A stretch of DNA of 63,890 bases, filler included, from Reticulomyxa filosa (Eukaryota > Protista > Foraminifera): NCBI GenBank assembly GCA_000512085.1. It is 20 parts of 20 records of this genome, joined end to end, with 100 filler letters (N's around TTAATTAATTAA, not from the genome) between each part and the next. Parts side by side here need not be neighbours in the genome. Positions count along the whole stretch, not along the records: positions 20,060 to 28,589 come from ASPP01007036.1; positions 28,690 to 30,900 come from ASPP01023349.1; positions 31,001 to 32,759 come from ASPP01013919.1; positions 32,860 to 35,506 come from ASPP01011088.1; positions 35,607 to 40,982 come from ASPP01003538.1; 15 more parts are not named here. One strand, given 5' to 3'. Shown here piece by piece: positions 24,275 to 37,421 of this stretch. Every line of letters begins with the position of its first letter. Position 1 is the stretch's first letter. Position numbers and translations under genes: made by a program. Below the pieces are notes generated by a model that was given only the letters and a program-made list of their open reading frames with translations, was not told the origin of the DNA and did no database searches.

Positions 24275-25831
24275 ATGTCCTTTGGTTGGTTTTTCAAAAA
24301 TAGTGAAGAAAAAAAAGAACAGGATGCACACGAGCAAATTACTAGAATGCTCGGAAGAAATTACACACGGCGACACACCCTTGCCGTCTTATTATTGGGA
24401 AAAAGAGGAAGTGGCAAAAGTTCCTTAAAAAAGAAAATAGTGAACGACTTTGTATACCAGGATCAAATAAAATACACATAGGTACCGTGTTTAAGCAAGC
24501 GGAGACACTTCAAGATGGTGACATATCGGAGACAGAATTGCAAATAACAACAATGGCAATAAGAAAGCAAGTGATTGATGACATGATTGATTTATGTCAA
24601 TTTAACAAACTACTATTTAAAGAATCTTGTCAAATTGAGAATAAAAAGTATTGTGAAATTCGTGATAGATTTGCGTCTCGTTCAGAAACAAATCTGAGTG
24701 AAGAAATAGAGTTGACTAGTGATATGGCTCAGGATATCAAACTACTTTGGTCACTTGTTACGTATGCGTGGGGCTACTGTTTTTTTTTTTCCAAAAATTC
24801 CTTAATAATCTTTATTCATTCACAAATGTTTTTTTAAAAAAAGAATGAAATGAAGCAAACCTGGAAAACACGTTCAAGGAGTCATATTATGGACAATACC
24901 CCTTATTTTTTTGAGAAGGTTGACAAGATCGCAGATCCTGATTTTTGTGCCGACTTTGATGATCATGTTTTAATTATATATTTTTATGTATTATATGATA
25001 TGTATATTTAGAAATAATATGGATAACATAAGGTGAAAGTTCGACGGCCAACAAACGGAATACTGTGCACAGAATTTGATATGACCTTTTTGAATACCCC
25101 ATATACACTTAAAATGACGGAAGTGGACGGTCAACAGAGCGTACACAATAGGTTATTGCACATATATTGTCTTCATATGTTATCAAACCTATTATTTATG
25201 TTTATATGTGTGACTGTGATTGGACAAAAAGGTGGATTCGTTTATTTGTAGATGCGAATATAATATTTTTTATAACCGATTTAAATGGCTATGACACAAA
25301 TTCTTTGGGGGAATCTCTCGAGTTATTTGATTTCATCTGCTCTTTGAAAGGATTTGATGATTCAAATTTTGTCGTGTTGTTGAACAAATACGGTTATCAA
25401 TATAATATGATTTATCCTTTTTTAAATTTGTTTTTTTAGTTCTAGTTAGAAAGGTAAGTTGTGTTTAATGGGGCACGAATACAATCGATAGATTTATTTG
25501 AAAAGCAAATAAAAGAGATCCCATTTGATACTTTTTTTCCTAATTGCCGCATAAACAATCTGCACAATCCAAAATTTGCAATTGAGCATATAAAGGAGAG
25601 GTTTATACAAATATTTAACAAGAAAAATAATCAAAGCGATTTATTTTTCCATGTCACTTGTGCCACGGGTATATATGTATATGTATATCATTTTGTAAAA
25701 TGAACAATCTTCTTATCTTTTGTGCAATGCAAATAGACAATCCTCAAATTGAAGACATGTTGTGTGAAGTACTGAATGCTGACATGCACAAAATGGCGAA
25801 GAAACAACTGGAACACACGGGTCTCTTCTAA
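24275..25831 (+). CDS. Divergent heterotrimeric G-protein alpha subunit B
   Basis: LLLGKRGSGKS|TVFKQ, DNTPYFFEKVDKI, VKVRRPTNGI, TEVDGQQS, WIRLF, ESLELF, LLNK|DLF, HVTCAT|D, and C-terminal LEHTGLF*. Confidence 0.92.
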
Positions 25832-25998
25832 AAGAAAGATGAAAATATATTTTGTTGAATTGCTTGTGTTTCGTCTTGCTTTATTGCATCCAATAAAAAA
25901 CAAAATTAAGAAAAAAGTAAACTATTTTCTCTTGTTCATATAATTAATATCACTTCCAAAGAGTACGACAATTGTATTTATCTGGAGAAAGAGATTTA

Positions 25999-26525
25999 CA
26001 GCTAATACAAGTAAAGCTGACACATAAAACAGTACATTATATAGATGATTGATTTTCTTCATGAAAAACAACATTCAGACACAATTTTTTAAAAAATATC
26101 TACGAATAGTTTAGTTTTAAAATATCATTTGATTTTTTATTAAATCTTTCATAATTGTTTCAATATTTTGCCCTTTATTTTTTTTTTGGGTCAGTTCGGT
26201 ATTTGAGTTTTTAAATCATTTTTATTTTTTTTAAAACGATTATGCATTGAGTACTTTCTGAAAATGCTTAAAAAAAATTGGCAAATTTCATGGTTACGAC
26301 AGTCATGATTGTCAACATTCTATCGAAAATTTTCAAAATCAATAAAATATTTAAATTTTTTAAACAATTAGGAAAGATTTAATAAAAAACCAAAATAATA
26401 TTTAAAAACTGCAAGATTCATAGATATTTTAAAAAATTAGGTCTGAATGTTATTTTTTCATGAAGAAAATCAATCATTTATATAAGGTGCCGTTTTAGGT
26501 GTCAACTTTACTTTGCATTCTACTG
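25999..26525. mobile_element. Tc1/mariner-family MITE (527 bp) with long imperfect TIRs and TA target duplication
   Basis: TA|CAGCTAATACAAGTAAAGCTGACAC...GATTTTCTTCATGAAAAA on the left pairs with TTTTTCATGAAGAAAATC...GTGTCAACTTTACTTTGCATTCTACTG|TA on the right over roughly 160 bp. Confidence 0.9.
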
Positions 26526-26849
26526 TAATATTAAACCTCTTAAGATGATCTTTGAAAGTTTGCACTTGCTTTCCTTATTTGAACTGTATCATCAAGCAAT
26601 AAAGGAATAATCTGGAACGCTGACTTCGTTTGGTTGTTTGTAGTTACAAATATATCAGATGTTCAATTCAGCATACTTCCAGAGTAATCTTGAAGAAATC
26701 TCAGTCAATCTAATTGTATGTGATTAGGTTCGTCTAAAACTCACCTGAACAAACATGTTTGTCAATTAACAAAAATATGTACTATTTTCACCATAACAAA
26801 GAAAAAAAGAGCAGATTAAACAACTAAGCTGATTTTCATTTGTTACAAT

Positions 26850-28300
26850 AAAGTTGAAAGTTATCACCAGATAGATGAACTTCTCTGAATCGTATTGCTG
26901 ATAGTATAAGATGGAATCAATATCCTTTATCATTTGTCGTTTAATGTATTTAATTTTTTCTATAATTTTTTGTCAATTACAAACATTTTAGCATTTTCTA
27001 TATCATTTTCTTTGATGGGTTGCAAGTGCTGGACTACTCTATCGATTCATCGTCAACTCGCAATGCTTTTTGCCCTAGCTCTTTCTAAGAAATAGAACAC
27101 AGTACTAACAAGGAACACAAATAAAAGAAAGACACAATCTTACATTGACCAAAAGGTCTATGCAAAAAATGATCAAAAGAAAAACAAGATTTTTCTTGAA
27201 GAAACTTGATAATTGTTCAAATCATTCTCTTGGTATCAATTACGAACTTGGCTGCTGCTTTCAAAACTTTGATCATGACTTCTGGTTTCCACGATCGATC
27301 TCAAATGATGAACTGTTTCATCGACAGGGACAATATTAATGTCTGAAAGCAATTATTGTACATTTGCTCACCAATTGCAATGGTAATTCTTGATACAGCA
27401 AACATTTCATCTCGACATTATCTTCTTCGCACCAAATACAATTAAGAAAATATGATCTTTGGATGTGATACAAATAATCATTCAATCTAAATTGGCAGTG
27501 ACCAACTGACAGATAGTCTTGCGCTACAATCACATTAGATAGGAAATATCGTAGCATTACGTGTCTTGGATTATCACTGCATTCACATATACAATGTCTA
27601 TTCTATTGCTATGTAAAATAAAGATTCAATAAATGATTATTTAGGAATGCCCCGATCTATTTTGTTGGACCAAATCTGGTTGCAATTGTTGAGCTTTCTT
27701 ACGAGCATTATTTGCAAATAGATCCACTTTATCGTTTCCAGGAATACTAGAATGACCTTTGATCCAATATATCTGGGACATTATCACCATTAAATGATCT
27801 CAAAATCTTCTGACAATCAATAATTGGCTCAGAATATTATTTATTGGATAATGCATTGATCACGAACTTGCAATTAGCTAGAATAATCGACCTTCAACAA
27901 TGGGATCTGTAATGACTACTCACATATCTCAATGCAAGTCTTTGTAATTCAATTGATTCCAACTCCAGACATTGTGGCAAATATGGACCTTGAATGATAA
28001 GTCATGAAACTCAACTCCAGGATTTGAGAATGTATTTACATAACAGAATATCACAATAAAATCAAAATCCAACAATAACAAAATTTCATCTGATGTTGGC
28101 TCGTTGAAGATCGCAAAAGGTGATTTATTTGATTATGGCATCATTGCAATTTGGGATTGGATGTAAATCTGGTTCAACTTTGGCACTCCAGCATCAGTTT
28201 CATGGATGCATCCACGGGATAATGTCGACAATTTACCAATCAATGGTATATAATGCAAATGAGTCGATTCAATCATTGCATTGCCAATATGTTTATTTTT
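26850..28300 (-). mobile_element. Non-LTR retrotransposon 3' remnant (RNase H and C-terminal zinc finger)
   Basis: QIYWIKGHSSIPGNDKVDLFANNAR at ~27705-27778 (RNase H), then GHCQFRLNDYLYHIQRSYFLNCIWCEED. Many stops. Boundaries are approximate. Confidence 0.82.
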
Positions 28301-28689
28301 TTTAAATTGCCTCAATTGCTTAGCAGCTCTCTTGTACAGAATCAAATTCCTTGGCGTTCTTAAATTCTGAAGGAATTATGAAAGTTAAGCAAATTATTTT
28401 CAAGGTCGATAGTCTGAGAAAGTTCCGCAAGATTTTCGGACTAAGAAAGAAATTTTTTAACTAGAAACAAATTTTTTATAGTAGTTGGATTTTCTAACAT
28501 TGTGAGTCATCAACGTCGGGTTAATTGATTGTAATTCTGGAATGTTGATTTAACCTCTGCTAATTCACGTCTTAGCAGTGAGATTTCATNNNNNNNNNNN
28601 NNNNNNNNNNNNNNNNNNNNNNNNNNNNNNNNNTTAATTAATTAANNNNNNNNNNNNNNNNNNNNNNNNNNNNNNNNNNNNNNNNNNNN

Positions 28690-28920
28690 TTGTAAATTTG
28701 TGCTGTATTAAAATATATAAAGCAATGATTTGTAAAAAATGTTGAAATATTTTTGTTAGTAAATAAGAAAAAAAAAAATAGAAATTGATTGTTACGTGTT
28801 CTCTGTTAGCCAGGTTAAGACATCCTTTGTCTTTTCAGCATCTTGATCAAACCATTCCAATACGTCTGAAATGCTCTCTTGATTAATCTCGGGGAACGTC
28901 TGTTGAAGTTGTGTAAGCAT
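28690..28920 (-). CDS. N-terminal CUE/UBA-like exon, probably a paralogue of the PUB-ART gene at 37422-40085
   Basis: MLTQLQQTFPEINQESISDVLEWFDQDAEKTKDVLTWL is CUE-like (L...FP). It ends at a GT donor and resembles the decayed 5' end (TLQQT...) of the gene at 37422-40085. Confidence 0.55.
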
Positions 28921-29959
28921 GATGATGAAGTTAACTGCAAAAGAAAACCCTTTTTTTGAACGCTTAAAAATGTAATTACGTAATTGATAAGCAAGAAGGT
29001 AAGAAAAAATGGACATTGTTGAATAGAACAATAACGCTTCCAACTATGTTTAGTTGATATTGCCACAAGAAGAAAAACATTCTAGGACCAATAAAAATCA
29101 TGTTAAATACTCTTTGTATACAAAAATGAAAGGTTGTATATTTTTAGAAAGCAGATAGAGTTGCATTTTTATCAAGTCTAATTCTTTTCTTTATTTGATC
29201 AAAACAATTATAGAAATTCTCTTCAAGCAGCTGATCATCAAATAATAGTATCTCTGGGTATCGCTGGCGAATTTATAATTTACCACACTAACTGTTTTAT
29301 CCCAATATCAAACAATATATTCTAAGAGTTTTACTCCTTAAGAACGTTCTTAATGAACCCCTTTTATACTTATATGGCCAGATTTTCGTCCTGGATCAAA
29401 AAAATGAAAAAAAGACAAAAAGCAAAAGTAACAGTTTTTATCCGGCGTTAGAACGACTGCAGATAGAAACTTTTATTTTTTATTTTTTCCTTTTTTTAAA
29501 ATGTATTTATAAGCATTTTCGATGATAAGGTAATTGTTGTTTTTGTTATTTTGATCGTTTAGCAAATTTTATTTGATGAACATTGTTTCAAAAAATATGT
29601 GAAATTTATTTTTTTTATGTACTTAGTTTCATTATTTACCTTTGAACCAGTTTTTTTATGTTTATTCTTATCAAATGAAACAAAACTCTATTGATAATGA
29701 TATAAAATTCTATTTTTATTTTTGAAGAATTTACTGCACAAAACATGGATTTATATTTTTTAGATAGTAATACAATTATCATCTAAATATAAACACACAA
29801 AAATTTCAAATAATATTTTACTAATTTGTCTAACGATATTGTTTGTTTTGATTACAAAGTACTGTTTTCTTTCGTATCCTTTTAATTACACATTGCCTGA
29901 AAATGTATCTTATCTCCAAATACAAATTGTGCCTTTTTGTGAACCACAACACAAGTTGA

Positions 29960-30300
29960 AGCCATGACCCCCATTTTTTTATTTTATTTTTTATTTTCTT
30001 TTTTTTTCAATGGCAAAAATGTAAGACATCTCATTCCATATCTTCATTTTTGTCTTTGATTACATAATTCATTCTTATTTGATCGAATATCCCAAAAAAG
30101 AATTGTATTATCAGTTGATCCATGACATTTTACATTTGAATCACTTCCAACCAATCAAAAATTTCACCACTATTTTTTACTACAAATAGTGAATATTCAA
30201 CATCATTGAATGCTTGAATTTGTTTATAGTTTGTATCTTCTGATCAGATAATATGTATTAATAATTCATTTAATCCATATTTTACACTTTCACATAGTTC
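29960..30300 (-). pseudogene. Decayed WD40-family 3' fragment
   Basis: VKYGLNELL, SNVKCHGSTDNTILFWDIRSNKNEL match the terminal blades of the family. Confidence 0.75.
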
Positions 30301-31567
30301 CAAAAAAACAGACTAGAGCGAAAAATAGTGATTACATGAACCATAAAGAAATAGTGCTATCTCTTAAATAGAAATAAAAAAGTATTATCCTTTCCAGTCT
30401 TTGTTTAGTTGTTAATTTTTTTTATCGTTAAAAAATGAAAACGTCTTCATAACTACGAAGCCAAAAAGAACAAATGAAGCAATCTTTTTGAACGTCTTGA
30501 TTCAGCAACGTTGCTTGGTTTTCTTTCAAATTATCAGTCATGTTCGGAATGTAATTTGAACACAAAAAACTTTAGTTTTAAAAAGTTTTAAGAGCTTTTT
30601 TTCTCCAAAGGGATATTTCTTTTGTTGTTTGGTTTATTTTTTTGATGTTTTCTTTTTAAAGATATATATTAAAAGCTTAATTACCATTATTATAGAAATT
30701 TTGTTTTTTTTATTTCGAAGACGATTGTATGGACAAAGCACTTTGCATATCAATCGTTTTTCGATAAAATGTAAACAAGAACCAGCAAAAAGAAATAGTC
30801 AAACTTTTGCCAAAAAGTTGATTGATTCAATTGGCTCCCCCTTGGTGAACAAGGAAAAAAAGGAATTACAACAAGCTTAACTCAGTGACAGAGAAGGTAG
30901 NNNNNNNNNNNNNNNNNNNNNNNNNNNNNNNNNNNNNNNNNNNNTTAATTAATTAANNNNNNNNNNNNNNNNNNNNNNNNNNNNNNNNNNNNNNNNNNNN
31001 CTCCCCCCCCCCCATCTCCTCTCTTTTTCCTCCTTTTTTTGCCCCACTTTCTCCCTCACATTCCTCCAAAATTCACACAATTATAGTGACAACGGATAAA
31101 CGCATACTCAATGCGCTTGCTATTAACTTTAAAAATGTCGGTTTCTTGCGCAAATTGAATTGGTTGGGCCTTAAGTTCTTTCGGCTTCCATATTTTGCGC
31201 TGAGTGCCTGAGTGTTGTGGGCGCGCTTCTTGCTGACTAGTTTTTTGGACAGGGCCAGAGTTTTGGCCGCTATTTGTCGACATATTTGTGCTTGTTGTCA
31301 TAAACCTAATCTTATTTCTTATTTCTGTAGATAATCAAGGTAAAAAAAGGGGGAATGAACTTTTATGGACCCGTCAAATTTGTCCCAAAACAAATGAGAG
31401 CGTCACGAGTTGCAATGTTCATTGTACAACAATTTGAACTAATATATTTTTATGCTTGAGATCTCGTGTTTCTAAGATCAAGAATAACAATTGTCCACGA
31501 CCAAGGGGGGGTAGGAGAAAAAAATCCTAAATATTCGTGTACATGAACTCACTTTGAATGCATTTCG

Positions 31568-32759
31568 ATGAATAACGCAGGAATGTACGAAGTTCAATAT
31601 CATCCTGCATATTCCTATATATCTTCAGCTTCTTCATCAAAGACTGTATATTCTCAGCCAATGATTGGAACAAACCACGGACACATATCATTGCCAACAA
31701 CCTGGAACAGAAACGGGACGTCTCGTGAAAAAAACAATAGGAGCGACAATGAAATGTCTCAATATCCGAGCAATGGCCGAGCAGCAATGATGGGATACGG
31801 AGCAGGTGGAGGACAAGAAGGTTCGGGAGGTCAGCAAGCAGCGCATGTGCATCCAAGCCGAAACGGATCTTGGTCAATGCGTCACCCGAGCCGTTCGAGC
31901 ATGAATAATCGAGGGAAAAAGGCGCCTATGCATAATAATCGCGGAGGAGGAGGAGGAGGAGGAGGGAGGGGGGAGGGGGAGGAGGTCGTAAATATCAGAA
32001 TAAGCCCCGAAGCAATTCAGTGACTGATCTAACGAGATATCAACATTCAGGACATAAGTCGTCAAGCGCGCATTACGACGTGACGCATCACTCGTCGATG
32101 GGAATGCATCGACAGCCGCAGGCACAGATGAATGGTAATAGTAGCAGCCATAGCGGAGGATGCGTGTATCCGTATGGACCACAAATGTCATCAAGCAACA
32201 GTTCGGAAGCGAGTACCCCTGTGTTGAACCACTTGAAAGGTTACGACACGTCGAAGCATAGTCACAGCAGTGGTCATGTCACTCCAGCGACAACGACGAC
32301 GACGACGACGACATTGTATGCCGATGTCCCGTTTGTTGTGCAGCCCAAGGGCTTCCATTTGTTCGACCAAACGAGTGCATCTTCACCGTCATCGACGTAT
32401 TCTTCTTCTTCCTCTACCACTGCCACCGTTGCTACTACTGCTACTGCTGGTACTACTGCTGCTGCTGCTGCTTCTGTAACTGCAATAGCAGGACCTGGAC
32501 CAGGACTAGGCTTAACAGGTGCGAGTGCACCAAACACGCTGCAGACTGAAACCTTGTCATCGTCGGCTGATGCCAATTATCACTATTGGTACGACCAACT
32601 ACAACACGTACGAAGCTCGCCTACGAATTTTCCCATGGACACACAGCTGTCTCATCGCAGCTATCACGCAAGCAATAAACATGGCATCATCACGCCCAGT
32701 CATGCCCATTCCTTCAGTCCCCGTGCCAACACCAACACCAACACCAACACCAACACCAA
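31568..32759 (+). CDS. Hypothetical low-complexity (Ser/His/Gly/Thr/Ala-rich) protein
   Basis: Two abutting long ORFs in higher-GC sequence, probably joined by a frameshift in the G-run at ~31965. No domain recognised. Confidence 0.5.
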
Positions 32760-33533
32760 NNNNNNNNNNNNNNNNNNNNNNNNNNNNNNNNNNNNNNNNN
32801 NNNTTAATTAATTAANNNNNNNNNNNNNNNNNNNNNNNNNNNNNNNNNNNNNNNNNNNNATGCCACAATATAAAACAATGTATATGTACATATATATAAT
32901 ATGAATATGATGAAATGAACATATAACATAATTTCATCTTTACAAACAATCACTTAAATGAATTGTACAAAGATCAATTTGAATAATTTTAATAGCTTTA
33001 AACGTTTTCAATTTTTCAAAAAAACTATGTTTTGATTTAAAAGAAGTTGATAAGAAAAAAGAAGAAATCCAAAGAATCATTTCCATTGTCCATCAAAAAA
33101 ACTTGAACTGGGAGAACTGAACGTAAAGTGGAAAAACTAAAAAACTTTTACTTTCAAAACTTTGTTACTTTTATCGTCTTTTTGTACGTGTAGAGAAAAG
33201 ACCTTTCGCCTTCAAACCAGCTAAAAACGGTAGGCACAAAGCCATGTCTCAAAGCTTTAAGCTAAATATGTTTTTGCTTTGTTTTTATTTTTGTTATTGG
33301 GTTGGATACTCCTACTGTGATAAAACAGAAAGTTGACGTAATATTTATGTTTTTCTTTTTTTGTTATTTTTACGCATAAAAGATACGTTTGTTTTTATAA
33401 ACTTGTATGTGCCCAAAGTTGTAAAGTCATCACCGACGAAGGCCTAACAAAATTAAATATTTTTACTAGTAATAAAAATTATTTTATCTAGTTGAAAAAA
33501 TATTTATCAACAGCTCTCCCGCAAGTTCGCAAA

Positions 33534-35080
33534 TGACCTAACAAAAGTCCAACCACTTCCAGTAGAGGTAGTGTAGTTGAAGAAGAGGAAAAAAACAAAC
33601 AAAGCAACAATCAGTTACAGCCGCTGCATTTGGATCCTGCCGTTCAAGAAACATTAAAGGAAGCTCTGCTAGAAACCCAAACGCAGACCGAAACGGAAAT
33701 GGAAATGCAGAAGCAGCAAGGAAAATCAAAAGAATTGCAAGCATCACTGGGTGCGCCCGCGCTTCAAAACGATATCACCATGTTCGAAAAGGAAAAAGAT
33801 AAGGAAAACGATCAAGAAAGAACCATAAGTTTAACTGCCCCTGCCGTCGATCAAATGGTCCTTGATCCCGTGCAAGATGAATATATAGAACAAGAAAATG
33901 ACAAAGAAAATGATCAAGAATAAATCTCTTTCGTCGCAAGCATTATGTCGTCCTTATTTGTTAGTTTTCCCGCGGATTACCAGACTCAAATAATGGAGCA
34001 AAATTTTGAGTCTTTTGTTAATACTGTGTTCAAAGAAAAAAATGTTGAAATCATTAACTTTGAAAAAGAGAAAAGTATATCGAAGGAATACGATGCGCAT
34101 CCTGGTTTAATTCAAAATCTATCTTTGGAAATATTATCTCGTATAACACTTGTGGAAGGAACCAGTCTCCTTCGGCAAGACTTCGTCCGTGCTATATGAT
34201 GCAGTAAAAAAGTATTTACAGCAAAATGATAAACTAATTTGGGAAAAAACGCAAAGCGTAAAGCATTCGGGAAGAAACAAAGAAATTGCGGAAAAAAACA
34301 TATTGAAATCAGTAATTCCTGTAAACCAATTGCAGAAATAACGGAAAAAATTAATATAGAAAAAAATATTATACGTCAATGTCAAGCTGTCATCGACGAT
34401 TACGGAAAAATTATAAATTCTCTTAAAATATTCGAGAAATATCTAAAAAGTACGTTGTTACGCTATATCGTAATCCAGACCTGTCTATATTTCATTATTC
34501 AATTATTGTTATTATATAAAGAAATACAAGACTTAATGGAAAAAATCAAACGGTATCCCAAGTTAAATAGTAATATTTGTAGTAACGATTATGAAAAAAT
34601 TAAAAGTTCCATAATTGAGGAAATTAAAAATTATTATATTTTTAATAATCAAATTCCTGAAGGAATAATTAATTTTAGTATTTCGCCAATTAACATCGCG
34701 ATGTCCAAAGAATTTGGTAATGTAAGTAGAATAATGTACAAGACAGATCTCCATGTTACACAATATCATCGCAATCTTAAATTTAAAGAAAGCTATTTTT
34801 TATCCCAAAAACAAAAAATGCAATTATATTTATATACATTAATATAATTAAGCAAATAGCCAAGAATCCAACTCCTGAAACACTTAAAGCATACAAACAG
34901 AACATACTAACGTCCTTTAACGTGCAGCAATGGGAAGTAAGCTTCTCAGAAATTGAAGCGTTCCATCAACTCCTCATCAACTTTGGGGAAAGACCTGGAA
35001 ATATCATCAAAAGACAAACTGGATTCATCGACAGTGAGTTTCGCGTCCGCAGTATGCCTTATTCTGGTAAACTCCTTTGA
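33534..35080 (+). pseudogene. Frameshifted, intron-less ORF of unknown origin (possible transposable-element ORF remnant)
   Basis: Successive ORFs in different frames without intron-like gaps, and an internal direct repeat (EKDKENDQE / ENDKENDQE). Confidence 0.35.
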
Positions 35081-36387
35081 TAATGCGATCCCTCCAAAAA
35101 AACTCATCTGATATCGCATTATCCTCTCCTATCCCTCTAACTGCTCTTCGCCCTCCTCCCAGTCCCAGCATCGAGCACAGCGATGCCAGGATCGCAAACA
35201 CCGCAACTCAAGCCGCAGCACATTGACACTCATTACCAACTCTTATCTCCCGTCCCGCTGCATTCTTCGCCGGACATGCACGTCCACAACTCGCCAAGTA
35301 AAGACAGAGATGCCAGTGTCGGACTTGTCGCTCGTCTCAAAGCCAAAAACAGCGACTCCACCGCTCTGCCGTCGCGTGACGACCTCAGTACAGGGGGCGT
35401 GGGGCGCTACGTACACAAAGAATCGGAGCCATTGCTCGCGTCCAGCAGATTGTTGGTATTGAATACGAGGCCAGCCAGCGACGTTGTTGGCATGAATAAC
35501 AATGACNNNNNNNNNNNNNNNNNNNNNNNNNNNNNNNNNNNNNNNNNNNNTTAATTAATTAANNNNNNNNNNNNNNNNNNNNNNNNNNNNNNNNNNNNNN
35601 NNNNNNTGGAAAGAAATCTCTTTTTGTTATTGCAAACAATTAAAACTGTACAAAGAGAATATGAGTAAAATGAAGGACTTGTTGAGACTGGAATAATTTT
35701 TAATTTTTTAGTATTTTTGATTTTTTACTAATAAAGAAGGTTTTGTTTCTTCATAAAAAAAGAAATTTTTTTACAAGAATTTTTTTTGCTTTAATTTCTA
35801 GTTTACTCAAAATTATCAAAAAAAAGATAGTAATGATTTTGTTGCAATTTGGTGAAAAATAAAATAAAATCAATGGATAATTTTTCATTGTTTATCTTAT
35901 CTCTCAAAATTACTAAATGTTCACATTTTAATTCACTTTATTCTGGTTCCAATAATAAATTAATTTTTGATTTGCTTGTATTTACAATAAGCATTCAATG
36001 TATATTGAAAACTTTTTATAAGATCTTTCTAAAATACAATGTGACAACTATTCAATTATGCTCAATTTTTTGTTTCACTAATCAACAAAGATATCTCGCA
36101 AAGAAAGAAAATTTTACTTCAATTCCTGTATCAAGTCTATTGATTAGTTTTTGTGAAAATAATTTTATTTTTGAGTTATCAAAACAATAATAAGTAAGTA
36201 TATTACACTTTTGTCTTTCTATAAAAAAACAAATAAAAAAAATAAATTCAACATTGGATATGTTAAACGTAAATTGGAGATGAGCTATGTAAGAGTTTGG
36301 AGTAGTAACAATAAAACGAATGAACTAAATAATTGTAATCAATCCTTTCACAGACATACAATCATTCAAGAAATTATCAAAAAGTGT

Positions 36388-36669
36388 ATGAGATTAGAGA
36401 ATATTAAAGAAATTAAATTTGGATTTTTCATAAGTCATGTAAATACTTCTGATGATATTCAAGTTACAAAGATTTATAGAAGTGATCGAGGATGTATTTT
36501 ACATTTTCATCCTTCTATGAGAAGAGCAAATATGATATACAGTTTTGATGTATCATGGATATCTCCATTCAAACATGAAAGAAAAATTTTATTTTCTAGA
36601 TCTCAAGAGATTTAATTTTATAACACAAATACTAAAGAAGAAGCTGGATGGAATGCAAAAATAGAGAGA
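36388..36669 (+). pseudogene. Inverted partial duplicate of the ADP-ribosyltransferase domain
   Basis: Near-identical to the reverse complement of ~37826-38105, but STS is changed to NTS, ERE to ERK, and there is a stop at 36613. Confidence 0.9.
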
Positions 36670-37421
36670 AAGATAAACAACAAACAATAATTGAAATTAA
36701 AATATTTGTCAAGCATATTATTATTGTGTAAAATACAAATATCTTCTATTAATAAATAACTTCAAAAAAAATAGGACAAACATTTTGAACTGTTTTTACG
36801 AATGATTCAATATAAAACAAAGAAAATCATGAATGGTTTAGACAAAAAATTATCTCACATTTTTTTGTTTAAGAATAAATTTTCTAAGAACAAATTAGGA
36901 TAAAAACAAAAATCGGATTTGAAATTTACAATTTTAGTCAACTAATTCAGATAATTGCTCTAAATCTAAAGTTTAAAGTCATTCTTTTGTTGAAAGTAGA
37001 ATATGTGCTTTTTTTTCTTGCAAAGATTTATTGAATTAGCAAAATATAAAGTTGTAATTGTACTCTTCAGCGGTCAATGACGCATCACATTTCTTAATTT
37101 TAAGATAATGTTAAAAAATTCATTTTTTAAACAAAAAACAATTGTTTTCTTATAAAATCAAAATCTTTTTAGTTGGAAAACCAGAATGAGGCCTTTTTCA
37201 TTCTGATTGACTCACAAATGAAACAAAGATTGCTATCATTTGCCAATTTCATTTGAAAAAAGACAATTAAATAAAAGAAGAAAATGATGATATCAAAGAA
37301 CAAGAATCGATCACATTCAAACAATGAAACTTGTTTATGAAAAATTAAAAAAAAAGTATCATCAAATATTCTTCTCTTATTATCTTTTTCAGTCTAACAA
37401 ATAATATGTTTGACAAATATT

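Noticed and set aside
33190-33450. Hammerhead-ribozyme-like fragments (CGAAA-GTC on the minus strand; CCGACGAAGG)
   Set aside because: There is no intact CUGANGA core with supporting stems.
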